Assembly (NCBI RefSeq): GCF_011745625.1
Contig: NW_027191501.1
Coordinates: 62,001-110,769 of the forward strand
Reading direction: 5' to 3'
From: Cladosporium halotolerans
Lineage: Eukaryota
Length of the DNA stretch: 48,769 nt
Position 1 is the first letter of the stretch, and every line of letters starts with the position of its first letter. A program made the position numbers and the translations under genes. The notes beneath the pieces were generated by a model, which saw only the letters and a list, made by a program, of their open reading frames with translations, was not told where the DNA came from and ran no database searches. Below are positions 1 through 11,159 of the stretch, one piece after another.

Positions 1-2231
1 GCCCCAGAAATCCTGACAATTCCTCAGCACGCCCCTCGTGAACGGGTTCCGCCGCTTCCGCTGCGTCTCGCGCTTTTTGGAGCCGTAAAACGCCAGCTGG
101 AAAAACACATCGAGGCCCAGCATTTTCGTCCACGACGAGACACAGCTTTCCTTCTGCTTGCGGCCGTGGCCGGGGGCAGCGGGGTCGGGCCCGGCGCCGG
201 ACGCCGTGATGGAGGCCGTGTCGGGGCTGACGGAGCCCGTCGCGACGGCCGTCATGAGCGGGCCCATGTCGGTGTTGCCGCGCATGCTTTCGTAAGTTGT
301 GAGGGCGCGCGCGATCTGCACGAAGTGCACGAAGAGGAGCATGAAGGTCCAGGTGAGCTGCAGGCTGCCCCAGGCGTTGGTGACGAGGGTGAGGGGGTCT
401 TTGGTCCAGTGGGCGCAGAGGTCGGGGCTGAGGATTTCGCAGTGTAGGGCGCTGGGAGGGGGTGGGGGGAGTTGGATGATGTCTGGGGGAGGTTAGTCGC
501 TGGCGATGGAGTTTTAAGGGTCTGGTAGTATGGGTGGACGTACATGCGTATGTAAGCTGGATCAGTAGTCCGATGCCGATGATGAGGCTGATCACGTAGA
601 GGAGGAAGTGCTTGTGGTTGTTTACGCCGATGCAAGCGTCTACCCATGGACAGTGGCTGGGAGATGTTAGTTACCGGCCCGCTGATGGAAGGTTTCCCAT
701 GCTTACTGGTCTTGCCTCGCAACGCATCGCCCACAACGCCGGCAATGCTTGCTCCGTAAAGGTTTCCGTATCATACAGGGCCCGCAGAAATGCTTCTCGT
801 TGTACACGTTATGTTCGAGCAATTCATCAATCGTCTTCTTCGTCTGCCCACGGCTGCTGCTCTTGGGAATGTAGCCCGGGTCGCCAGTCATGGTCATGAA
901 GTAGAAGTAAGTGGTTAGGCCGTAAAACGTCGCGAATGCAATGTTGAGAAAGAAGTTAGTGTACAAAGTATCTGTTTGCAAATTGTCAGCGTCGCTAGCC
1001 AATCATTTTGAGAGTGTTGGCTTACTAGGAAGGATGCGGAAAGCCCATCGGACACCGACCCAGAATAAAGTCCCAGCGAAGATGCCGGCCAGGAATGGAG
1101 TATGCTGCATGGATTTCATATCGTTCGGCGCCCAACGGAAGAGCTTCTGAACGAGGTGATTCAGTACGTATCCTAGGATAAGCACACAAGGTATTGAGAT
1201 CCACACGAGCATGTATGCCAGCATGTGGAGCTGAATGCCACCGAGGATGAATGGCCAAAAGAAGAAGAACCGGCTGAAGAACCACTTCTTGTCTTTGATG
1301 AACGGCACAGGGAATGCGATTGGTTGTCCGGATTGATCGTAACCAGATTCAAACAATGCTTTCCGCCACTGACGCTCCGATTTCATCTTGGAAGCAGTCA
1401 TGGCAGGTGTGTCACCGTCAGTCTCGCCAGGCTGCGGTTTACTCCTTGCGAAACGATCGCTGCCGTAGTCGACCAGCTTTTGTATGCAGGGATAGCTACC
1501 CTTGACAAGAGCCCAGTGCAGCGCGGTGAATCCCATGTCGTCTTGCGCATGAACGTCAGCGCCCCAGCGCAGGAGTAGATCAACACAAGATGGGAAGCCT
1601 TTGTACGCCGCCCACATTAAGCCCGTGTGACCTTGCACATCCGGGACGTCAACGGGGATGTCTGGCTGGTGGAGCAAGAGTATGAGCTGCAAGACGTTGC
1701 CGTCGAGCACCGCAGAATGAAGCAGATTGTACCCTTGGTCGTCCTGCGTCAAGGGGTCGGCACCATGCGCTAGCAGCAGCTGTATAATTTGGAGATGACA
1801 TTTTTTGCTGGCCCAAAGTACGGGTGTGGCCTCAGCATCGCCTCCTTTCGCGTTGACATCGGCTCCGGACTGGATGAGAAAGTGACAAAGCGCATGGTGG
1901 CCATTAATAGCAGCCCACTACAGATTCCATACATCAGTATTCTACCCTCATCTCTTGCCCGGAGATCTCCTCCACGTACATGTAGCGCGGTGATGCCCTG
2001 CTCATCTGCAGACTTCGCGTTGTAGCGCCCGCTGTCGAACAGCTTCTGAATCCCTCGCAGCTCTCCCAGCCTCGCCAACTGCATCAAATCTTGCTCCACC
2101 GGCAGCTGCGGCGGACTGGAGTCCAGGTCGCTGAGTTCCACGCGATCCAAGCCATCTTTCCCAGGGGAGTCGGTCGCGCTGCCGGATTGTCGGCGCTGGT
2201 CTGGCGTCGTGGAAGGGTCGCGTGACGCCAT
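1..2231 (-). CDS. AKR1: Palmitoyltransferase Akr1 (ankyrin repeats + DHHC domain); 3' end runs off the window. Introns 1918-1979, 972-1025, 657-706, 483-543
   Basis: Spliced translation gives ankyrin motifs ([32 protein letters not shown]), TM segments, [31 protein letters not shown] and C-terminal [15 protein letters not shown]. All four introns are GT..CTRAY..AG and restore frame. Confidence 0.95.
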
Positions 2232-2655
2232 GATGTGTGGCTAGCAATGGTCGCACGGAGCGTAAGATTATCGGTTGCGATGTGCCATGCTTGCGAGTCG
2301 TGGGCGCATCGAATGCACCGGATGTATGTTGGCACCTGCTGCGCCTTGGAGGATGGCGTGGATAGTTGCCTGAGGCAGCAATATCCTTGCCGTTCTATCC
2401 GCTGGAGACGCAGCTTCCATTCTGAAGGTGTCTAGCAAACACCGACAGATGCATTCCAAAATTGACAATTTGAGGATATTCTAGGGTTGACAAATAGCAG
2501 GAATCATGATACTGATAATCATGGAGCCAGATATATACATCAGGCATGGGATCAGTACGAAATCTCCCATTCGTTCCACGTTAGGACATTCAAAGCGATT
2601 GCTCGCATGCTAGACATGATCTACAGTACACGCATGTAGTTTGAGGACCCAGTCA

Positions 2656-3660
2656 TTACACACTCATCTTCATAGCAATGCCCTTGTGGGGCTCGTATCC
2701 AACCACCTTGAAATCCTCCACCTGCCACCCATCAATGCTGCATCCGGCCCCCTTCCCAAGCTCCAAAGTCGGGAAGTCTCTAGGCTCGCGCTGTATTTGC
2801 TCCTCGAGCGCCTCTCTGTGATCCATGTAGACATGTGCGTCGCCCATCGTGTGGGTCAGGCTTCCGGGAATTAGATCGCAACTTCTCGCGAGCATATGCG
2901 TAAGCAAAGCGTACGAAGCGATGTTGAATGGCACACCAAGGCCCAAATCGCATGAGCGCTGGTAAAGGAGCGAGTGCAAAGTACCCTTCTTCGATCCGTC
3001 TGCTCTCGTCGGTGCTGATGCTGGGAAGGAGACATAGAACTGCGCAAACATGTGGCAAGGAGGCAGCGCCATCTTCTTGAGGTCCGCGGGGTTCCAAGCG
3101 CTGAGAATGATTCGTCGGTCGTAGGGGTTCTCCTTCAGCTTTCGCACCACTTCTGCAAGCTGATCGACTCCCTGTCCAGAATAATCTGCATTGCGATCCT
3201 GGTACTCGGCGCCGAAATGCCGCCACTGGAAACCGTAGACCGGGCCGAGGTCGCCTTCCTCCCGGTGCGAGAGGCCCACGGAGTCCAGGTATTGTCTCGA
3301 TGCATTGCCGTCCCAGATCTTCACGTTCTGGTCTTGCAATGTTTTGGCACTTGTGTCGCCAGATACGAACCACAGCAATTCGGCGAGCACTGCGCGGAAG
3401 AATACGCGCTTCGTCGTAAGAAGTGGAAGTACAGGGGTTCCGTCCGGCTTGGAAAGAGCGTACTTGTGTTGAGGCGGGAATGGAATGGCCAGAGTTCCAG
3501 TGCCGGTGCGGTCTGGTCGGTGCTCGCCGTCTCTCAGGATTTCGCGAATAAGATTCAGGTACTGGTATTCCTCGTGATCCTTGTGAGATGAAGGAGAGTG
3601 GCCATTGGTTGTGGTAGTGGTTGGCTTAAGATCGCCATTTTCTGTAGCTGATGGTGACAT
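2656..3660 (-). CDS. CDC21: Thymidylate synthase (intronless)
   Basis: Motifs RPDRTGTGT, PLLTTKRVF, DLGPVYGFQWRHFG, RRIILSAWNP, LPPCH, YQRSCDLGLGVPFN, GDAHVY and C-terminal MKMSV. First in-frame ATG taken as MSPSATENG at 3660. Confidence 0.97.
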   Translation of the reverse strand: MSPSATENGDLKPTTTTTNGHSPSSHKDHEEYQYLNLIREILRDGEHRPDRTGTGTLAIPFPPQHKYALSKPDGTPVLPLLTTKRVFFRAVLAELLWFVSGDTSAKTLQDQNVKIWDGNASRQYLDSVGLSHREEGDLGPVYGFQWRHFGAEYQDRNADYSGQGVDQLAEVVRKLKENPYDRRIILSAWNPADLKKMALPPCHMFAQFYVSFPASAPTRADGSKKGTLHSLLYQRSCDLGLGVPFNIASYALLTHMLARSCDLIPGSLTHTMGDAHVYMDHREALEEQIQREPRDFPTLELGKGAGCSIDGWQVEDFKVVGYEPHKGIAMKMSV

Positions 3661-3754
3661 GATGCGCTCGTCCAAGATCGATTGTGCGATGTATTGTATG
3701 GTGTATCTCCAGAAAATGGACGACGAACGCTGATGAATGTTTTCGCCTCAAGTG

Positions 3755-3796
3755 ACGCGCCGCGGTGCACGCGACTTTGACTTTCCACTTTACGCG
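3755..3796. promoter_or_regulatory. Three ACGCG (MCB-like) cores in the bidirectional promoter of thymidylate synthase and MSP1
   Basis: ACGCG at 3755, 3769 and 3792, about 95-135 bp upstream of the TS start. Yeast CDC21/TMP1 is a classic MCB/MBF target. Function here is inferred. Confidence 0.55.
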
Positions 3797-4016
3797 CTCG
3801 AAGCCTTATCAGATCCGCTGCGGTGAGCAGCGCCAGCGGAAGCAGCCACGTGTGGCGTAATCGGGCGTCGAATCCTCCGGTCGTTCACATGCCTGCGACA
3901 ACGTTCGCTGCCCTGTCGGTGGAAGACCAACTTCCTCATAGAAATAATACCACTTCTTTCATCCACCGCACAGTCCTTACCATATATTTGAGCGGTCGGC
4001 TCGGGCGACAACGAAC

Positions 4017-5358
4017 ATGGCCTCTGATCGCAAATGGATCAACGTGCAAGACTGGATTATGATGGCTGCAGCAGTAAGAGCCAGACCCGAACACCGCGGC
4101 ACACGGTTGAGACACCACTCTCTGAGTCGGGCTGACATTTTCGCAGCCGGTCCTCATGTATTTCTTGACTCGCTCGCTCCTCTCCCGCCTTGACCCAGAC
4201 GCCGGCGCCAAATCAGAAGCCCATCAGAAATCACTCGCAGCCAGTGCCCGATTGAAGAGCATATTCGGCAGCAACGAGGAGGATATTGAAGACGATGATT
4301 GGGATGACGCAGAAAGACCACCGGCGCAAGATGATCGAGCGAAGCCGCAGGATCTCCAACTGTCGCAGTATGAGCAGACAATAGCTATGGAGGTTGTGAG
4401 CCCCAATGAGATCCCGGTGACGTTTGATGATATCGGAGGACTGGACGCAATCATCGAGGAACTCACGGAGAGCGTAATCTATCCTCTTACCATGCCGCAC
4501 CTTTACTCTGGGCACTCTTCTCTACTCTCAGCACCCTCTGGCGTTCTCTTATACGGACCTCCAGGATGCGGAAAGACTATGCTTGCGAAGGCGCTTGCAA
4601 GGGAAAGTGGAGCATGCTTCATCAACCTGCACATTTCTACCCTGACCGAGAAGTGGTACGGCGACAGCAACAAGCTTGTAGCCGCTGTCTTCTCGCTTGC
4701 ACGCAAGCTTCAGCCTACGATCGTCTTCATCGACGAGATTGATGCAGTACTTGGACAGCGCAGAAGCGGCGAGCACGAAGCATCTGGAATGGTTAAAGCG
4801 GAGTTCATGACACATTGGGACGGTCTTGCCAGCTCGACAAAACAGGGAGGCACGCAGCGCATTTGCATCCTTGGCGCAACGAACAGGATACAGGACATCG
4901 ACGAGGCCATCTTGCGCCGCATGCCGAAGAAGTTCCCCGTCAGCCTGCCAAACTCAAGCCAGAGACGTCAGATCTTCAACATTACCTTAGCCGAGACACG
5001 GATAGACGAATCGAGGGGCCCTGGCGAGAAATTGGCATTTGACATGAATGCGCTGGTTCGCGCGAGTGCCGGTATGAGCGGGTCAGAGATCAAGGAGGCA
5101 TGCCGTGATGCTGCCATGGTGCCTGTTCGTGAGCACATTAGAAACATGAAGGAAAGCGGGAAGAACGTTCGTGGTATCAGGGGAGAATCTGTGAGAGGAC
5201 TGCAAACCGAAGACTTTTTCGGGCAGAGAAGTGCTTCGCGCAGGCCTCGCGCAGCATCAAGGCCATCCATCACAGACCGGGACGATGTTCAAAGCGACGC
5301 CAGTGGAAGTACCGAGGAAGTCGAGGAGTTCGGTGATGATGAGAAAGTGCGAACGTGA
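4017..5358 (+). CDS. MSP1: Msp1/ATAD1 membrane AAA+ dislocase; intron 4074-4146
   Basis: Exon 1 MASDRKWINVQDWIMMAAA splices (GTAAGA..GCTGAC..CAG) to PVLMYFL. Walker A GPPGCGKT, pore loop KWYGD, Walker B FIDEID, EHEASGMVKAEFMTHWDG, ILRRMP. Confidence 0.95.
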
Positions 5359-6150
5359 AGGTGTAACATACGATTGGAACACTCTACTCCATCAATAAAG
5401 CTATCTAGCTGCGGACGACTTCATCTTTGGACGTAGTCGATTGGATATGGACGAGTCTTTGGACACCGCATCGCGCCATCTGACGTCCGGTAGTCACCAC
5501 TGCTTCTCGGGACAAATCGCTCGGCAAATTCCAACCTTTCGAAAATCTCGGGGCGCACTCCCGGACAAGAAGAAGCAGGCGCACACAGCACACATGGTGC
5601 CGATGTGATGGGATGCACGAGCACTCCGCATCCCTATGCCGCCGTGCACGGCGTGACGCATTCGGGCCCTCCCCTTCAGTGTCTTCGATGGCACTTGGCT
5701 TACCATAGATTACGAGGCCGAGATAGGCTCCTGAAGCAATTGACTCGCTCTCCGACCGAAGAATCGTTTTCTCCCTGTGAACGAAACTGCTTCCAATCGT
5801 TTTCCCTTTTTCGGCGTAAGCATATCCCCATGTCCTCACGCCCATGCGTGGTCATCCCATCACCACCCGATCTAGCATTACGCTCCCGACATGAGGACAC
5901 TGTGAGGACACTCTTGCAAAACCCAATGATTTCCAATGGCCGCCCACGAGAATAGGGGAAACGCCCTTCCACGCCGAAAATTCCAATGTCCGCTACTACC
6001 AACTGCACCCAAGTCAACTCCTACTGTGAAGCCAGTCAAGAATCAAATCTTAGCAACCGCGCCCTATCCTCACAGTCTCGCACCTGACCAACCCAAGCTA
6101 CCATCAAACTTCACAAAACCAAAAGCAATCACCACTAAGCAAGAAACAGC

Positions 6151-7203
6151 ATGGCTCAGGCTCAGAGCGTCCTGTCTGTCCTCACCGAGGCCCAGTACTC
6201 CGCCCTGAACACGCGCGAGAGGGTCGGTGCTTGGCTCTACCGCAACTACATCGAAGAGAACATTGACGCCGCCTACGAAGAATTGGAGGATCCCTTCCCG
6301 GCGATCGATGAAGCTGGAAAGCGCGAGGCTCTCGGATGTGCTGCTGCTGCTGGCTTCTCGTCTCTGTTCTCCAGAGAGGCATTTAATCGCGTGTTTCTGG
6401 CGCCGATGGCAGTACCGCAGGAGTCTACCATCAACCCTGTCGTGGCTCCATCTGACAACTCTGGGGTCTTACTCTCGCCTGAGCTGCTCTCGACGGACTC
6501 AGCGATTTCTCCTGTCGCTTGCGGTCAGACTCCCGCTCTCGTCGCGTCAACCGCCTCCGGCTCCGATGCCATCAATGACGATGAAGCAACTCCTAACGAC
6601 CAGCCAACCTGGGACAAGCTGCTGGAGGGCCACGTCGATGCCCTGGACAGTCTCCTGGCAACCATGCGAGCGGCTGCCAACATGCCTGACGACACGACCT
6701 TGGTCTCTTCATCCTCGTTGTCGTCTTCCTCAGACGAGTTCTATGAGGAAACGGAGCCCAGCGACCAGGGCACCTACCCGCCGGCACAGAACGACAGCGT
6801 CGATGAAGCAGATGTAGAGACTCGCTGGGGCTCTTCGTCGACCCTCATCGACGATTCGACCACCGACTCCCGCTGGACTCCTACCAGCAGCGACGATGGC
6901 ATCGTCGCGCGTGCGATCGTGGAGGCGACGCGCAATCATCACGAGGAGCTGCTGGAGTTGCTTGAGCGCGAGCCGGCGCCGGCTTTAGATCGGCGGGTAA
7001 TGCCCTCGGACTCGGACTACGATGCCGACATAGAGAGCATCGACTCTTCCGTGGCTGAGGGTTCCGATGCTGGTTACGATGCCGATGAAGAGAGCATCGA
7101 TCTCTCGGAGGATGAGGTCGCGGACTCGGAGTACGACGCTGACGAAGAGAGCGTTGACTTTTCGGACGAGGGTCTCGGTATCTTCGACTTCGACGATGAG
7201 TAG
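6151..7203 (+). CDS. Hypothetical acidic, low-complexity orphan protein (350 aa)
   Basis: Long ORF with ATG in good context (AGCATGG), coding-like codon usage and a D/E/S-rich C-terminus. No family motif recognised. Confidence 0.7.
   Translation: MAQAQSVLSVLTEAQYSALNTRERVGAWLYRNYIEENIDAAYEELEDPFPAIDEAGKREALGCAAAAGFSSLFSREAFNRVFLAPMAVPQESTINPVVAPSDNSGVLLSPELLSTDSAISPVACGQTPALVASTASGSDAINDDEATPNDQPTWDKLLEGHVDALDSLLATMRAAANMPDDTTLVSSSSLSSSSDEFYEETEPSDQGTYPPAQNDSVDEADVETRWGSSSTLIDDSTTDSRWTPTSSDDGIVARAIVEATRNHHEELLELLEREPAPALDRRVMPSDSDYDADIESIDSSVAEGSDAGYDADEESIDLSEDEVADSEYDADEESVDFSDEGLGIFDFDDE
7009..7170 (+). repeat. Three 57-bp (19-aa) tandem repeats within the acidic orphan ORF
   Basis: TACGAYGCYGAY recurs at 7018, 7075 and 7132, encoding DSDYDADIESIDSS / DAGYDADEESIDLS / DSEYDADEESVDFS. 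Confidence 0.85.
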
Positions 7204-7521
7204 GTGGTCTGTGGTAGGACCATCGGTTCTAAGGAGGAAGCATGCGGCGATTGCGACGGATTTACTCTCCACTCTGTCGATTTCTGAGAATCTTCAAAGG
7301 TTTCGATAGCAGCAAAAAAAGAAGGAAATTAAAAGATCAAAAGAGAAAATGGAGGAGCAAAAGGCACGCTCACCTCTCAACTCCCTCACCTTGGGGGACG
7401 ATCCAAAGATTATACGTGTGGGATTGGAGTATCAGTTCGTGCAAAGCGAAAATTTTGTGATAGACTCATGGGGCGCTTTTCGTACAAATTGAATAGATAG
7501 CGAAGTTAATACAATGAGCCA

Positions 7522-9108
7522 TTAACGAATCTTGTAAAGACACGGCTTCAGCGCCTTCGCCTCATCATCAGTGGGAATGTCTTCGTCCTTCTCCTTCTCT
7601 TCGATGAACCTCTTAGCCTGGAAGTTCGTAGGCTTGGGCTTGCGGTCTTCAGGGACCGACGCAACGCCCTTGCCCTTGACCGGCGCCGCGGCCTTGATGA
7701 ACTCCATCTTGACAAACATCTTGTTGCCGAGATCGATGCTCTTCTCGCCTTCCTTGAGCACGAAGCCACGACGTCTGAGGACTTCGACAAAGCCGTGGAC
7801 GTCGGTCGTGGGCTGCTGCTGAGGTTCCACGCCGTCGACTTCGGTGGCGAGGGTCTGCTGCTCGTTCGCCTCCTCCTGCTCCTGTTCCTTTTTCTTGAGC
7901 TTTGGTGCGAGCATCTTGGCCTTTCTCTTCGATCCGACAGAGTGGTCGACGACTTTTTGTTTCTTGTCTACTCTGCCGAAGCGCGACTTGATCTCCGCAA
8001 CCCACAGCTCGCCTTTCCAGTGCAGGATTCGGTAAGCCTCTTCGATGAAGGATATCCAGTTCGTCCCCATGAGTGCCAGACAGAAGATCGCAACATCGGC
8101 GGAGCCATCAGCAAGTGGCAATGAGGAAATGTCGGCTTTGGTAACGTGCTTTGATGGAGAGTGCAGATCGAAGGAGTGCAATTTGAGGTTGAGCGATGAG
8201 ATCTCATTAGAGGTCGTCAAAGTGTGAGCGAGACGGGCATCACCACATCCAAGATCGGCGATGATAGCAGTGCCATGCGTCCTCGGCAGAGGCTCCAGTC
8301 CAGCGTCGTTTTCTGAGCCCTTGGCTGGCTTCGATTTTGAGCCCTTCTTGTTCAAGTATGACTGCTTCACCTTGCCGCGCTGGCGAATGGTCGCCAAAAA
8401 GTTGTCGACGGGGTTCTCTGGCCATACCTCTACCTGCTGCCTGAAACCTGCATGGTAATCCTCAAACATCTCGGGGTTCGAATCGAACAGCTCCAAGGCC
8501 TCGGCGGAAGGAGCAGTGTAAAGAGTCTCGTTCAAGTGACGGAATCGCGCAGAGATCAGCTTTTGTCGCATGGCCGCTTGCATAGGAGTAAGCTTTGCTT
8601 TGCTCGGGAGAGGCGGCGCCGCAGGTGGTAATGTTGCTACTGTCGCGGCCGTGGGCTTCGACGCGCCGTCCTCGGCCGCAGCTGTGTCTCCCTTCCCTTG
8701 CTTGCCCTTCTTTTTCTCCTTCTTAGACCCGGACTGAGCCTTTGGCTCCTTGTTCTCAGCACCCTTCTGCTCTTTACCTCTGTTCACTTGCGCGCCATCC
8801 TTCTTGCTCGCACCTTCCGTAGCATTTTCTTCGCGCTTCTGCTTCTTGTTGTCCTTCTTCTTCGATGGCTTAGGCTTGCTGACATCCTTTCCCTCCACAT
8901 GCTTGTCCCACTGCTTTCCTAGGTCGGGCTCGTTCTGTGTCTGCTCTCTCTTACGCTTGAGCGACGCCTTGTCGTCGCTCTGTTGTGGCTTATCTTCATT
9001 TTGCGCAGCTTTTCTGTCAAGCGCATCCTGCGCTTTCGAAGACTTGATCGGTTTCGTCTGCGGCTTCAGAGTCGAGGCATCGACTGCCCATCCTTTCACG
9101 GCGAACAT
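7522..9108 (-). CDS. RRP8: 25S rRNA adenine-N1 methyltransferase Rrp8
   Basis: MFAVKGWAVD start, K-rich N-terminus, KLISARFRHLNETLYT, YHAGFRQQVEVWPENPVD, IADLGCGDA, FCLALMGTNW, EIKSRF and C-terminal LKPCLYKIR. Confidence 0.96.
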   Translation of the reverse strand: MFAVKGWAVDASTLKPQTKPIKSSKAQDALDRKAAQNEDKPQQSDDKASLKRKREQTQNEPDLGKQWDKHVEGKDVSKPKPSKKKDNKKQKREENATEGASKKDGAQVNRGKEQKGAENKEPKAQSGSKKEKKKGKQGKGDTAAAEDGASKPTAATVATLPPAAPPLPSKAKLTPMQAAMRQKLISARFRHLNETLYTAPSAEALELFDSNPEMFEDYHAGFRQQVEVWPENPVDNFLATIRQRGKVKQSYLNKKGSKSKPAKGSENDAGLEPLPRTHGTAIIADLGCGDARLAHTLTTSNEISSLNLKLHSFDLHSPSKHVTKADISSLPLADGSADVAIFCLALMGTNWISFIEEAYRILHWKGELWVAEIKSRFGRVDKKQKVVDHSVGSKRKAKMLAPKLKKKEQEQEEANEQQTLATEVDGVEPQQQPTTDVHGFVEVLRRRGFVLKEGEKSIDLGNKMFVKMEFIKAAAPVKGKGVASVPEDRKPKPTNFQAKRFIEEKEKDEDIPTDDEAKALKPCLYKIR

Positions 9109-9727
9109 CTTTGCTGGATGTGCTGAATGGAAAATCTTCTAATCTAGAAGTTTAAGCGCATCGCTAAGCTCCAGTCTGAACTTCTTCAAAGCGCCGATCG
9201 CGCCGAGCCGGGCGCCTTCCAGAAGGACTGTGGTTGGACCCTGACATCTCATTTACAGAACCTCACATCCTGTGATTACGTCTTCATATCCTGAGCCTGA
9301 CTGCCAGAGACTCCTTCATCCAATTCACATGTCCTGGAATCAAAGAGCAAGCATCTACGATATCGGGCCTGTTCCTTGGTCTTTACATGATTCTCGATCG
9401 CGAAGTCTCGAATGTTGAAATATTACCCCAATCCTAACCCTGCTAACCCCCCGAGCAAATTTGATGCGTGCTCTCCATCACCTTGCGATGGGACCATGAC
9501 CCTTGCTTTTGTGCCCGTATCATCTCAATAATCGGCTAATAATTCCGACACGATCGGATGAGTCGAAATCGTCAGGATCTTCAACTGTAGTATCCAAATC
9601 CTAGATTCTGTCAACCTCGGAGACCGATTCCACCGAAGAGGCATTTTGTGTTAGGGAATGCTAGATTCGAACCCTACACGACTTTGCGGCTTTATAAGTC
9701 AAAGCCAATTCTCCCGGACGAGAGCGG

Positions 9728-10195
9728 CTATTGGAGATGGATCGTCGGTCTTCTCGGTACAGGGGCACTGCGCCCTGCGAATCGAAGATACACACCAGCG
9801 TCCCTCGCTGAACTACCAGTAGCTGGACGGCGGTAGGGCTCACCGTCGATCGTTGTCCTCGGCTTGCGTGATTTCGCGGACGTCCAAATGGTATTGACGT
9901 TCCTCTGGGAGAAGAGAGGCCTCGTGGTCATTACGACACCACTCATGCGATGCGTTAGCGATACATATACGTCACGGAAGAACCAAAGCACATACGTCGC
10001 GCTGATGTTGCTCGCGGACGAGTCTTGAATCATACACTCGGCTAGAATACGGCGGTGATCTTGACTACTGTCTCTAGGAGCAGGGCCCTTGTCCTTGTCG
10101 GACTGAGGAGGCTTTGACTGGCTGCTGAGAAGGGACAGCCTACCCGGGGTGATTGCTGGTGCCGTCGTCGGCGACGTTGGCGATGGTAGCGGCAT
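9728..10195 (-). CDS. Possible small orphan or degenerate gene (uncertain)
   Basis: ORF from ACAATG (MPLPSPTSP...) contains an intron-like GTATGT..GCTAAC segment with a non-canonical GAG end. No recognisable domain. Confidence 0.25.
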   Translation of the reverse strand: MPLPSPTSPTTAPAITPGRLSLLSSQSKPPQSDKDKGPAPRDSSQDHRRILAECMIQDSSASNISATYVLWFFRDVYVSLTHRMSGVVMTTRPLFSQRNVNTIWTSAKSRKPRTTIDGEPYRRPATGSSARDAGVYLRFAGRSAPVPRRPTIHLQ

Positions 10196-11159
10196 TGTCG
10201 TCTTCTTGGATAGCCAACGCAAAAGTACCTGCTACTGTTACGATGACTGACACTGCGTGTCGCAGCGGGTGCGGATGTTCAGCGACGACGAGCCTACGGT
10301 CGAAGGTCAGCACAGTTTCAGCAGGAGCTGGAGTCTATCACTGCAGAATTGGCCGCAGAATCTCAACTCTATGTCGTCAACGCCTGCGCACACATGCTTG
10401 CCCGCAGTTTGAATATTGTGGAGCTGTAAATTGCCCAGGCGGACGGAGCTCCTCCTGCGCAATGCATACGCTGGCAATGTGACTTCCAGAGCTTTGCCGC
10501 GATCGGAGAGGGCCAGACGGCCTCCTCCTCCACGCTACAGCTACCTGGGTACATGCAAAGGATGCGGATGGTAAAGTTGACCTCACGTGAAATCTGTGTC
10601 TCGACGACACATCTGCTGCTATCACCCTCACCAGAGGTCCGAAGTTGAAGATATCCATGGATAGAGGGTGGATAGTCGTTCGTTTGATGGCGGCCAAGAC
10701 AATCTTCATTATCACACGTACGCTACTGTTACCAACATCAGATACAGAAGACCAGCGGACTGTTAAGAGAACTTTTGGCAAGCTACGATGATACATCACC
10801 CTATGATCTTCATCCCAAACAGCTCACGCACGCCGCGCTCACTGCCTACCCTTGACCGCGCAGTGTAAGTGCAAGTAGCGCCCTCGTAGGCACCGACAAA
10901 ACCACCATGCTCATGCGGAAGGATATACGACGTGATCGACTGACAGCTGGACTCCCACTGGCATGTCAAGGTGACCGCTTCCGTCATCAACCACGCCGTC
11001 TTCGCCCTAACGCTATTGTCTGCTTGTCTGTCTGCAAACCTCTGGACTCAATCCTCAGCCGGTTTCCTCAACCTTGATCTGAGCTTCGGAGACGCCAATT
11101 GCGACTTCTTCTCCAATGCGCTGGATTTCGCATCTTGCAGCAATCATCAATGTCGACTC

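Noticed and set aside
640..720. DHHC rather than the DHYC of yeast Akr1
   Set aside because: DHHC is normal in filamentous-fungal Akr1 orthologues.
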